Source of the DNA: Bugula neritina
Taxonomy: Eukaryota; Animalia; Bryozoa
Length of the DNA stretch: 64,000 nucleotides
Reading direction: 5' to 3'
Assembly: GCA_964035545.1 (NCBI GenBank)
Contig: OZ037766.1
Coordinates: 1,054,001-1,118,000, forward strand
In this document: positions 49,801 through 60,944 of the stretch, in pieces
Position numbering within the stretch: the stretch's first letter is position 1
How the letters are laid out: every line of letters starts with the position of its first letter
The notes under the pieces: model-generated
Database searches by the model: none
What the model saw: only the letters and a program-made list of their open reading frames with translations
What the model was told of the DNA's origin: nothing
Program-made: the position numbers and the translations under genes

Positions 49801-52800
49801 AGTATATATTATGAGCATTTGAAAATGAAGACACTTAATAATGCTGCCTGAGGATATAATTATTTCATATCACCTTATTTCTATATATAGAAACCTATGA
49901 TCCCTTTCTTCTGTCTTTACTTGACTGGAAATTAAATGTATAGCCTATATTTTCTTCATAGTTGCATAATATAATAGTGTGCAATATATGTTTCTTATTA
50001 TATAATTTTAGAATTTATTGGTTCTGTTCTAACGGGAATACATCGGACTGTGTATTTTGGTAAGCTGATATGTTCAATTAGTTAAGTGTTTCTTATTCTT
50101 CTCAAGTCAAGTATTTTAATTTGTAAATTCTGTAATTTAAATGGGAAATAAAAAAGCAAACTTTTTTATCTTTTTCTAAACTCATTTTGCAACTTGTACT
50201 TAAAACATTGACAGAGTATTTAACAAGTTTATTTTCTATTTATATTAAAATTTTTTGTTACATAATATATTTTTGTCTTAATTTTTTAATGATATTTTCT
50301 AATTCACTTTGAAAATGCCCAAATTAAAAACTCAAATATTTCTTGCAGAAAAACTCTAACAGTTATATGTAGCTCAATGTAGAAACTCTTGAAAGAATGC
50401 AATTCACTAAAACAAACACTATAAAGGAATAGAAAATAAGTTTTTTTTTATGAATAAAAGAACGAAGTCTTTTAAATTAATCTAAAACAGATCTGACAGC
50501 ACTCTTTTTGTAAAAATACTCATTTCTTAACTTTTAAAAAGTGTATAAAGAAAGTGGGAAACTAGAAATAATGGTATAGGAAACATAAAAAATACAATAA
50601 ATTTATAATTAAAGTTTACCATACTTTTCAAATTTATATTCTGCATGGTTACTAAATAATTTCAGTAATCAAAAATTGCTGGCTTTCTTTATTCATTTAC
50701 ATAAAATAATATGTTGCTGAATTTATCAGTTGTATTGTACTTAAAATTATTACCATTCTCATCATAATCTACTGTACATTACTTTTGGAGTATTATAGGT
50801 AGTGAAAATAGGTGGCAGTTTCCCCATCAGACTTGAAAGGAGGAAAAAGAAATATTACTATCGTCACTGCATTTATACAAGCAATTTGAAGTATACAAAT
50901 TTTATAAATTGCAATGATATTGTCTCAGATTTTCTATCCAAAAAATATTTATTAATATTGTAGATCTTGCCCTGGTACTGCTATGTCTGGTGATGATACT
51001 AGCCTACTTTCCCTCTAAGCCTCCTCACCCTCCTAGCAAGTCACAACTACTAAGTGATACATCAGTTACAGACTATGTGCAAGGAATGAAGAGTTTAATT
51101 CTGTGAGTTTTAAGTTCTGTTTTACTTGTTTACTTGTGAACAAATGATGACCTATATTTAGAGATCATTTAAATAGCGTGTATAAATTAAGTTCCAATAT
51201 ACTGTTCTAGGAACAGACAACTCCTGGTTTTACTATTTGCTGCTGGGCTCACGTCTGCAACTGTCATTTCTTGGCTAACTCTGGTGTCAGTTAACTACAG
51301 ACCTCTGGGTATTGGCCAGGTAAGATTCCCATAGAAGGTGAACAAATCCTTAGCTTTACTAACAGCTTCTACGTATCTCTATATCAGAGAATAGTTTTAG
51401 TCAAACATGTGTTTTAGCATGTTTCACTTTATAATGATCAGTAATATATATATTCAATCATATTATAATCATATACTTGACCTAGAATATTATCATGTAT
51501 ATTATCAATAGCATATGATTATATATAACTTGACCTAGAATATATTATCATGTATATTATCAATAGCATATAATCATATAATTGATCTAGAATATATTAT
51601 CATGTATATTATCAATAGCATATAATCATATAATTGATCTAGAATATATTATCATGTATATCATCAATAGCATATAATCATATAGTCATGGTATAAATAT
51701 TGATACTTTATCACAAGCTGTAACAGAAAGAGATGCTTTTCTTGTTCATAGGTGAAAGTTGCATAAAACCACCTTGACATTGCAGGCCTCGGCTGGTTGG
51801 ATTGGATTCTCTAGTATAATGGCTATGTATTTGGGCTCTCTAATAGTTTCCAGAGTTGCTGATCACTTATTGAAAAAATCTAAACTCATAATGATTGTAT
51901 CCGTATCATTTGGTATAGTGAATATAACCATACTGAGTTGTATACAACAGAAGTACATCATTCTACCCTTCAATAGTATGATTGGTAAGTTTATAAAGGA
52001 AATATTTACCAAATAATATATAGTTATTATCGCAGGTGAATAATGTAGCGAAATAAACAGTTAACTATATATATATACTATTTGATAAATTATGATAATT
52101 ATGAAAGCCTGTTGGAATCAGAAATTATATGTTAGTAATATTACTATAGTAAGTAAGTACATAAGTGAGAAGTTAAGCAAATGAAAGTAGGTAGCTATAT
52201 GTAAGTAAGTAAGTTGGTTTTTGAGTGAGTAAATAAGAAAGTAAGTATAAGAAAGTAAGTGAGTAATTGCGTAAGTAAGTAAGTAAGTAAGTAAGTGAGT
52301 AAGTAAGTAGGTAAGTAAGTAGGTAAGTGAGTAATTGCGTAAGTAAGTAAGTAAGTAAGTGAGTAAGTAAGTAAGTAAGTAGGTAAGTAAGTAGGTAAGT
52401 GAGTAAGTAAGTAGGTAAGTGAGTAATTGCGTAAGTAAGTAAGTAAGTGAGTAAGTAAGTAAGTAAGTGAGTAAGTAAGTAAGTGAGTAAGTAAGTAAGA
52501 AGGTAAGTAAGTAGGTAAGTGAGTAGGTAAGAAAGTAAGTAGGTAAGTGAGTAAGTAAGTAAGTGAGTAAGTAAGTTAGTAAGTAAGTGAGTAAGTAAGT
52601 GAGTAAGTAGGTAAGTAAGTAAGTAAGTAAGTAAGTGAGTAAGTAAGTAAGTGAGTGAGTGAGTGAGTAAGTAAGTAAGTAAGTAAGTAAGTAGGTAAGT
52701 AAGTAGGTAATTGCGTAAGTAAGTAAATAAGTGAGTAAGTAAGTAAGTAAGCAAGCAAGTAAGTGACTAAGTAGGTAAGTAGGTAAGTAAATAGGTAAGT

Positions 52801-53611
52801 GAGTAAGTAAGAAAGTAAGTAAGTACATAAGTGAGAAGTTAAGCAAATGAAAGTAGGTAGCTATATGTAAGTAAGTAAGTTGGTTTTTGAGTGAGTAAAT
52901 AAGAAAGTAAGTATAAGAAAGTAAGTGAGTAATTGCGTAAGTAAGTAAGTAAGTAAGTAAGTAAGTGAGTAAGTAAGTAGGTAAGTAAGTAGGTAAGTGA
53001 GTAATTGCGTAAGTAAGTAAGTAAGTGAGTAAGTAAGTAAGTAAGTAGGTAAGTAAGTAGGTAAGTGAGTAAGTAAGTAGGTAAGTGAGTAATTGCGTAA
53101 GTAAGTAAGTAAGTGAGTAAGTAAGTAAGTAAGTGAGTAAGTAAGTAAGTGAGTAAGTAAGTAAGTAGGTAAGTAAGTAGGTAAGTGAGTAGGTAAGAAA
53201 GTAAGTAGGTAAGTGAGTAAGTAAGTAAGTGAGTAAGTAAGTTAGTAAGTAAGTGAGTAAGTAAGTGAGTAAGTAGGTAAGTAAGTAAGTAAGTAAGTAA
53301 GTGAGTAAGTAAGTAAGTGAGTGAGTGAGTGAGTAAGTAAGTAAGTAAGTAAGTAAGTAGGTAAGTAAGTAGGTAATTGCGTAAGTAAGTAAATAAGTGA
53401 GTAAGTAAGTAAGTAAGCAAGCAAGTAAGTGACTAAGTAGGTAAGTAGGTAAGTAAATAGGTAAGTGAGTAAGTAAGAAAGTAAGTAAGTAAGTAAGTAA
53501 GTAGGTAAGTAAGTAGGTAAGTGAGTAAGTAAGTAGGTAAGTGAGTAATTGCGTAAGTAAGTAAGTAAGTGAGTAAGTAAGTAAGTAAGTGAGTAAGTAA
53601 GTAAGTAAGTG

Positions 53612-53647
<36 letters not shown>

Positions 53648-54043
53648 GGTAAGTAAGTAGGTAAGTGAGTAAGTAAGAAAGTAAGTAAGTAAGTGAGTAA
53701 GTAAGTAAGTAAGTGAGTAAGTAAGTGAGTAAGTAAGTTAGTAAGTAAGTGAGTAAGTAAGTAAGTAAGTGAGTAAGTGAGTGAGTAAGTAAGTAAGTAA
53801 GTGAGTAAGTAGGTAAGTAAGTAGGTAATTGCGTAAGTAAGTAAATAAGTGAGTAAGTAAGTAAGTAAGCAAGCAAGTAAGTGACTAAGTAGGTAAGTAG
53901 GTAAGTAAGTAATTGCGTAAGTAAGTGACTTAGTGAGTAAGTAAGTAAGTAATTGCGTAAGTAAGTAAGTGAGTAAGTAAGTGAGTAAGTAAGTAGGTAA
54001 GTAAGTAGGTAAGTGAGTAATTGCGTAAGTAAGTAAGTAAGTG

Positions 54044-54082
<39 letters not shown>

Positions 54083-54083
54083 G

Positions 54084-54127
<44 letters not shown>

Positions 54128-54500
54128 GGTAAGTAAGTAGGTAAGTGAGTAAGTAAGAAAGTAAGTAAGTAAGTGAGTAAGTAAGTAAGTAAGTAAGTAA
54201 GTGAGTAAGTAAGTTAGTAAGTAAGTGAGTAAGTAAGTGAGTAAGTAGGTAAGTAAGTAAGTAAGTAAGTAAGTGAGTAAGTAGGTAAGTAGGTAAGTAA
54301 GTAATTGCGTAAGTAAGTTACTAAGTGAGTAAGTAAGTAAGTAATTGCGTAAGTAAGTAAGTAAGTAAGTGAGTAAGTAAGTAGGTAAGTAAGTAGGTAA
54401 GTGAGTAATTGCGTAAGTAAGTAAGTGAGTAAGTAAGTAAGTAAGTGAGTAAGTAAGTAAGTAAGTAAGTGAGTAAGTAAGTAAGTAAGTAAGTAAGTAG

Positions 54501-54531
<31 letters not shown>

Positions 54532-55029
54532 GGTAAGTAAGTAAGTAAGTAAGTAAGTAAGTGAGTAAGTAAGTGAGTAAGTAAGTGAGTAAGTAAGTAA
54601 TTGCGTAAGTATAAGTAAGTAAGTAAGTAAGTAAGTGAGTAAGTAAGTAAGTAAGTGAGTAAGTGAGTGAGTAAGTAAGTAAATAAGTGAGTAAGTAAGT
54701 AAGTAAGCAAGCAAGTAAGTGACTAAGTAAGTAAGTAGGTAAGTAAGTAAATGCGTAAGTAAGTGACTAAGTGAGTAAGTAAGTAAGTAATTGCGTAAGT
54801 AAGTAAATAAGTGAGTAAGTAAGTAAGTAAGTAAGTAATTGCGTAAGTAAGTGAGTAAGTAAGTAGGTAAGTAAATAGGTAAGTGAGTAAGTAAGAAAGT
54901 AAGTAAGTAAGTAAGTAAGTAGGTAAGTAAGTAGGTAAGTGAGTAAGTAAGTAGGTAAGTGAGTAATTGCGTAAGTAAGTAAGTAAGTGAGTAAGTAAGT
55001 AAGTAAGTGAGTAAGTAAGTAAGTAAGTG

Positions 55030-55065
<36 letters not shown>

Positions 55066-55489
55066 GGTAAGTAAGTAGGTAAGTGAGTAAGTAAGAAAGT
55101 AAGTAAGTAAGTGAGTAAGTAAGTAAGTAAGTGAGTAAGTAAGTTAGTAAGTAAGTGAGTAAGTAAGTAAGTAAGTGAGTAAGTGAGTGAGTAAGTAAGT
55201 AAGTAAGTGAGTAAGTAGGTAAGTAAGTAGGTAATTGCGTAAGTAAGTAAATAAGTGAGTAAGTAAGTAAGTAAGCAAGCAAGTAAGTGACTAAGTAGGT
55301 AAGTAGGTAAGTAAGTAATTGCGTAAGTAAGTGACTTAGTGAGTAAGTAAGTAAGTAATTGTGTAAGTAAGTAAGTGAGTAAGTAAGTGAGTAAGTAAGT
55401 AGGTAAGTAAGTAGGTAAGTGAGTAATTGCGTAAGTAAGTAAGTAAGTGAGTAAGTAAGTAAGTAAGTGAGTAAGTAAGTAAGTAAGTG

Positions 55490-55521
<32 letters not shown>

Positions 55522-55894
55522 GGTAAGTAAGTAGGTAAGTGAGTAAGTAAGAAAGTAAGTAAGTAAGTGAGTAAGTAAGTAAGTAAGTAAGTAAGTGAGT
55601 AAGTAAGTTAGTAAGTAAGTGAGTAAGTAAGTGAGTAAGTAGGTAAGTAAGTAAGTAAGTAAGTAAGTGAGTAAGTAGGTAAGTAGGTAAGTAAGTAATT
55701 GCGTAAGTAAGTTACTAAGTGAGTAAGTAAGTAAGTAATTGCGTAAGTAAGTAAGTAAGTAAGTGAGTAAGTAAGTAGGTAAGTAAGTAGGTAAGTGAGT
55801 AATTGCGTAAGTAAGTAAGTGAGTAAGTAAGTAAGTAAGTGAGTAAGTAAGTAAGTAAGTAAGTGAGTAAGTAAGTAAGTAAGTAAGTAAGTAG

Positions 55895-55925
<31 letters not shown>

Positions 55926-56315
55926 GGTAAGTAAGTAAGTAAGTAAGTAAGTAAGTGAGTAAGTAAGTGAGTAAGTAAGTGAGTAAGTAAGTAATTGCGT
56001 AAGTATAAGTAAGTAAGTAAGTAAGTAAGTGAGTAAGTAAGTAAGTAAGTGAGTAAGTGAGTGAGTAAGTAAGTAAATAAGTGAGTAAGTAAGTAAGTAA
56101 GCAAGCAAGTAAGTGACTAAGTAGGTAAGTAGGTAAGTAAGTAAATGCGTAAGTAAGTGACTAAGTGAGTAAGTAAGTAAGTAATTGCGTAAGTAAGTAA
56201 ATAAGTGAGTAAGTAAGTAAGTAAGTAAGTAATTGCGTAAGTAAGTGAGTAAGTAAGTAAGTAAGTGAGTAATTGCGTAAGTAAGTAAGTAAGTGAGTAA
56301 GTAAGTAAGTAAGTG

Positions 56316-56346
<31 letters not shown>

Positions 56347-56644
56347 GAGTAAGTAAGTTAGTAAGTAAGTGAGTAAGTAAGTGAGTAAGTAGGTAAGTAA
56401 GTAAGTAAGTAAGTAAGTAAGTGAGTAAGTAGGTAAGTAGGTAAGTAAGTAATTGCGTAAGTAAGTTACTAAGTGAGTAAGTAAGTAAGTAATTGCGTAA
56501 GTAAGTAAGTAAGTAAGTGAGTAAGTAAGTAGGTAAGTAAGTAGGTAAGTGAGTAATTGCGTAAGTAAGTAGGTGAGTAAGTAAGTAAGTAAGTGAGTAA
56601 GTAAGTAAGTAAGTAAGTGAGTAAGTAAGTAAGTAAGTAAGTAG

Positions 56645-56679
<35 letters not shown>

Positions 56680-57449
56680 GGTAAGTAAGTAAGTAAGTAA
56701 GTAAGTAAGTGAGTAAGTAAGTGAGTAAGTGAGTAAGTAAGTGAGTAAGTAAGTAATTGCGTAAGTATAAGTAAGTAAGTAAGTAAGTAAGTGAGTAAGT
56801 AAGTAAGTAAGTGAGTAAGTGAGTGAGTAAGTAAGTAAATAAGTGAGTAAGTAAGTAAGTAAGCAAGCAAGTAAGTGACTAAGTAGGTAAGTAGGTAAGT
56901 AAGTAAATGCGTAAGTAAGTGACTAAGTGAGTAAGTAAGTAAGTAATTGCGTAAGTAAGTAAATAAGTGAATAAGTAAGTAAGTAAGTAAGTAATTGCGT
57001 AAGTAAGTGAGTAAGTAAGTAAGTAAGTGAGTAATTGCGTAAGTAAGTAAGTAAGTGAGTAAGTAAGTAAGTAAGTGAGTAAGTAAGTAAGTGAGTAAGT
57101 AAGTAAGTGAGTAAGTAAGTATAAGTAGAAAAGTAAGCAAGTAGAAAAGTAAGCAAGTATAGGCAAGTACATAATTATATGCGATTAAATATGTAATAGA
57201 TGGATAAGTATATTTTATTTTTTATAGTGTTGGCCTTCCTATTAACTATCAATACAGCAGTTGGCTTTGGCAGTATTTTACCTCTATACTACGAACTTGG
57301 CTGTGAGATTGGATATCCAGTTAAGGAAGGGCTAGTGGGATGTCTCGTTACTATAGCAGTTATTGTTTTTCAGTTCCTCTACTATTTGCTATATCTAATT
57401 CCTATGTTTGCCAGCGGTGAGTTATGATATGAAAAACTTTATATTGTAC

Positions 57450-57487
<38 letters not shown>

Positions 57488-57948
57488 CGCGTGCGCGCGT
57501 GCGCGTGTGCGTGTGTAAGTGAGTGTGCTTGTGCGTGTGTGTGTGTGTATGCGTGTGCGTGTGCGTGTGCGTGTGCGTGCGCGTGCGTGTGCGTGTGTAA
57601 GTGAGTGTGCTTGTGCGTGTGTGTGTGTGTAAGTGAGTGTGCTTGCGCGTGTGTGTGTGTGTGTGCGTGTGCGTGCGTGTGCGTGTGCGTGTGTAAGTGA
57701 GTGTGCTTGTGCGTGTGTGTTCGTGCGTTTGCCCTGTGTGTAATATTATAAAGACCTATATAGAGATTTTCCACATGCCTAATATGACATTAGTTTACTA
57801 TTTCTCAAATTTTGTAGATACACACTGGATGACCTGGACAACTCTAGGTTGCTCTGTAGCTGCATTCATTCTGTTATTCACCATAAAAGATCATTACCCA
57901 AGAGTAGACATGGAGGAAAGTCATTCTACAGACAATGTTGCTGATTGA
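28854..57948 (+). CDS. MFS transporter, SLC49A4/DIRC2-like (FLVCR family), copy 1. Exons 28854-29070, 47749-47839, 48111-48274, 49383-49448, 50012-50059, 50964-51102, 51211-51319, 51786-51984, 57228-57416, 57818-57948; start codon uncertain
   Basis: KLYRRRWWLL, WFPVSERTTATA, YFPSKPPHPPS and ELGCEIGYPVKEG motifs; exons 2-10 are identical in length and phase to copy 2; no internal stops seen. Confidence 0.85.
30731..32125. repeat. Diverged minisatellite, ~63-bp unit, ~22 copies
   Basis: Recurring GGGTGGGCAACTTCAA-TTTATGTACATTTCACTATAAAATGAC core; ~260-bp block duplicated (31033 vs 31293). Confidence 0.9.
32318..34160. repeat. Diverged ~300-bp direct repeat pair (~32318-32620 and ~33873-34160)
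   Basis: Shared colinear anchors aacattacaag, gctcacc, tgtgcatt, ggaaat.gct, tcaagta.tcacaggtgtga. Confidence 0.65.
36109..36460. mobile_element. Possible piggyBac-type MITE
   Basis: TTAA|CCCTTCCCAGATC ... GACTCTGAAAAG|TTAA; imperfect TIR. Confidence 0.35.
37910..38140. mobile_element. GGTAAAAATGGCACA-motif dispersed repeat
   Basis: Colinear with 9485-9620. Confidence 0.7.
40571..40993. mobile_element. MITE family (copy 2)
   Basis: Reverse complement of 25725-26233. Confidence 0.85.
41439..41900. mobile_element. MITE family (copy 3)
   Basis: Reverse complement of 25725-26233. Confidence 0.85.
48813..49191. mobile_element. Possible solo LTR
   Basis: TGTTGT...ACAACA ends, GC-richer island, flanks atatat/ttatat. 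Confidence 0.4.
51471..51685. repeat. ~52-bp tandem repeat, ~4 copies
   Basis: ctagaatatattatcatgtatattatcaatagcatataatcatata repeated. Confidence 0.9.
52148..57172. repeat. 5-kb complex (GTAA)n satellite with GTGA/GTAG/ATTGC variants and higher-order duplications
   Basis: Directly visible; near-identical ORF-track peptides recur at offsets of 666 bp and 1394 bp. Confidence 0.99.
57452..57720. repeat. Complex GT/GCGT microsatellite
   Basis: Directly visible. Confidence 0.95.
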
Positions 57949-59358
57949 GAATGTCAAGAGTGTTGAAAAATAGTTATAATATTTACAGCTGCTCTTTCAA
58001 AACTTTGTGAAATTTGCTATAATAGAAACCTTTTTCCTACTTTTACTTCACTATATGAGTAATATAACATGTCTACTTACAATAAGCCTCCCCTCTTTCT
58101 GTGAGGCTCAACAAATTTCTAAAACATATAACTTTACAAAGCCCTTTAAATTTTCTTATAGTTACAAAATCATTTATAACTCATATTAATTGTTACTATA
58201 CTATACAGTTTTTGTCTTTCTGCAGTTCTTCTTCCTTTAATTCCAGAATTGATAGCTCACATTAAATAAAATAGCAAATGCAAGTAGATATAAATCTAAA
58301 GTCATGAGAGTATAGTAAAAGTATAAACACTCATTATCCTGCTATAGAAAATAACAAAAATATAGTAGAGAAGTATCAACTATTGGTAGTCTACAGAAAT
58401 ATGTCTCTATAAACAGAGCTGTTCACAATATAGACAAACTTACAAGAATATAATCACTCAACCACATTATTCAATTAGATGTTCCATTCGATGCATGGGT
58501 CAGTCTCAGTCGAATGAAACAAAAACCATAGGATTACCTAACTTTTTTTGATGTAATCCTTACCATAAGTATGGGGAGGCAGTGAATACGTCTGCTGCAA
58601 CTATTATGCCATAAAGTATTTAGTCAATAGCACCAATTTGTACATTGCAATAATAGACTTGTGCTGGTGTCTTCTTATTAATTAATATGACTACAGATAT
58701 GACCAGTGAAACATACGCTGAGACTTTTACTAATTATTTTTAAAATCTAACTAATATCTTCACTGAATGCATATAGTGGTCAACTTAAGCTCCTATTACT
58801 AATGAAGTGACTGGGCATGGGCTTCTTTTACTATTCATTGAAGCCTGAAAATGTTGAGGGTGCCGCGATTTGCATGACTGCATCTAAAAGCCTATTTGTA
58901 GTCTTGAGTGGCATGAGATTAGTAGATATTATTTAGTAGCTTTTATCACTGTGAATCTATAAACAGCTCATTCTCTAAATATGATTATGCATTCTACTGA
59001 GAGTAAGAATCGGATATAGAGTGCAAGTTTGGAGGTATGATTTACTTTTCTAGTGACAGTGTTGCAGATTTCATTTAATGATATCTTGGGCTGCAAAGTA
59101 AGATTAAGCTTACATCTTGTTGGAATTTGCTTCATAGTACAATATATACACACTTATAATTTACAAGTCATTAAAACAAGTTACATAATTTTCCTGTTAA
59201 AATTTGAAACATTATTTTCAGCACTCATGCATGGCTACTGTTATAAGGGAGTGGTTTAGAGTTGCAAAGGTTTGCTTAGAATAATTTCAAATAGTCTGAG
59301 AGAGTTGAAATAAAACATCTTCTATCTATTTTCCAGAACTGCTAGAGTTGGCTGAAAG

Positions 59359-60869
59359 ATGTTTAGCTATGTTGAAGACAGCTCAATTCAAACAGACAGC
59401 AAGGAGAAAGATCCTTTGATAAACTATGAGTTTGAGTTGAGTTCACAGAAACCAGATGTACAGAATAATGTGTCTCCTAATCATAGCAATGATGGACAGG
59501 AAGTTAAGCTGTACAGAAGAAGATGGTGGCTGTTGTTTGTTTACGGCTTGACTGGAATCGCTAAAGGTCAAATATACAACACTTGGCCTCCACTTTCTGG
59601 CTCTCTAATCATAGCATATGATTGGTCAGACTCAGCAATAGCTCAGATACCTGGAGCAACAACAATTACCTGTGCTGCGGTGTCCCTCCCACTGATGTAC
59701 CTTGTACAGAGGAAAGGTGAGCTATTTATTTTTAATTTGTCAAACCAATTGAAGTGGTAAATTTAGGACTGACCACAATAGCCTATTCAAGTTTTGCATG
59801 GGGATTGAATAATTACTTTCTCTTTCTAACAAGGTCTAAGGTTTGGTATGTTGGTGGGCATCTTCAGTTTGGTGATTGGATGCAGTCTTGCTGCAATCTG
59901 CATCAACACGAGTCACAGTATTTGGTAAGCTATTGAGATTTATCTCCCCTGTAGTTGTTTTTATTTATAATCAGTAGAAACAGGCCAGGTTTATTAAAAA
60001 CAATATCATATTTTTATGCAATAGAATGATATTTCTGCAAGAGCCCGAGCTACGGTTAAACAGAACAGTGCATTCTTTGATTACCTTGCATATTTTAACT
60101 ATTGCTCCCAATTGCGTTTCTGTAAAAGAAAACAAGGTCACCCAGTCACCTCAAAATATGTACATTTTCACAGACATTATCAAAATAAAAACCTTGTGAT
60201 TGAATAGCAGAGAAAATTTACATGAAAAAAGTATTGCAGGATACTTCTGATTGGCTACTGCTTCAATGGAGTCACTTCCAGTATGTTGGCTTCATCAAGT
60301 TCTTTACTTTCCGTCACGTGGTTTCCAGTGTCAGAGAGGACAACTGCTACTGCAGTCTGTACAATGTCGCTACAGTTTGGTATAGGGCTTGGCTTTGTAA
60401 CAGGTGATTGTGTTGAAATATATATGAATTATGATTAGTACTTCCTGCATGTTGCTAAGAGACAAGGAAGTGTATACTAAATAAACATAATAAAATATTT
60501 TATAGTAAACTAGAATGCTGTAGTTTTAATAAAAATTAAACAAGTTTTTGATATACTTGGTATATTTTTTAGCTTTAATTACCTAAATGCCTTCAGCTAT
60601 ATTACCCAAACAGTAGCAAAATTACCGAGTACTAAACGAATATAAAATCTGTGTATGCTATCTAGATTAATGTTTTTCAGAAAGCCGAAATTAGCAAATG
60701 AAGAGGTCTATGCGTATGTGTATGAGGGGGCAACTTAACTTTAATCTGACTTTAGAAAGTATAATGTTTGTACAATCTAGCTCATGCAGCCACTACATGA
60801 CCTAACAGTTGCTATATTCGGTAGTGTTGCATGTGTTACATATAGTTCATTATATACAGTATATATACA

Positions 60870-60944
<75 letters not shown>

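Noticed and set aside
52118-57172. Many long LLTY-repeat ORFs on the minus strand
   Set aside because: Translation artefacts of the (TTAC)n strand, which lacks stop codons
52148-57172. Interstitial telomeric array
   Set aside because: Unit is GTAA with variants, not TTAGG/TTAGGG
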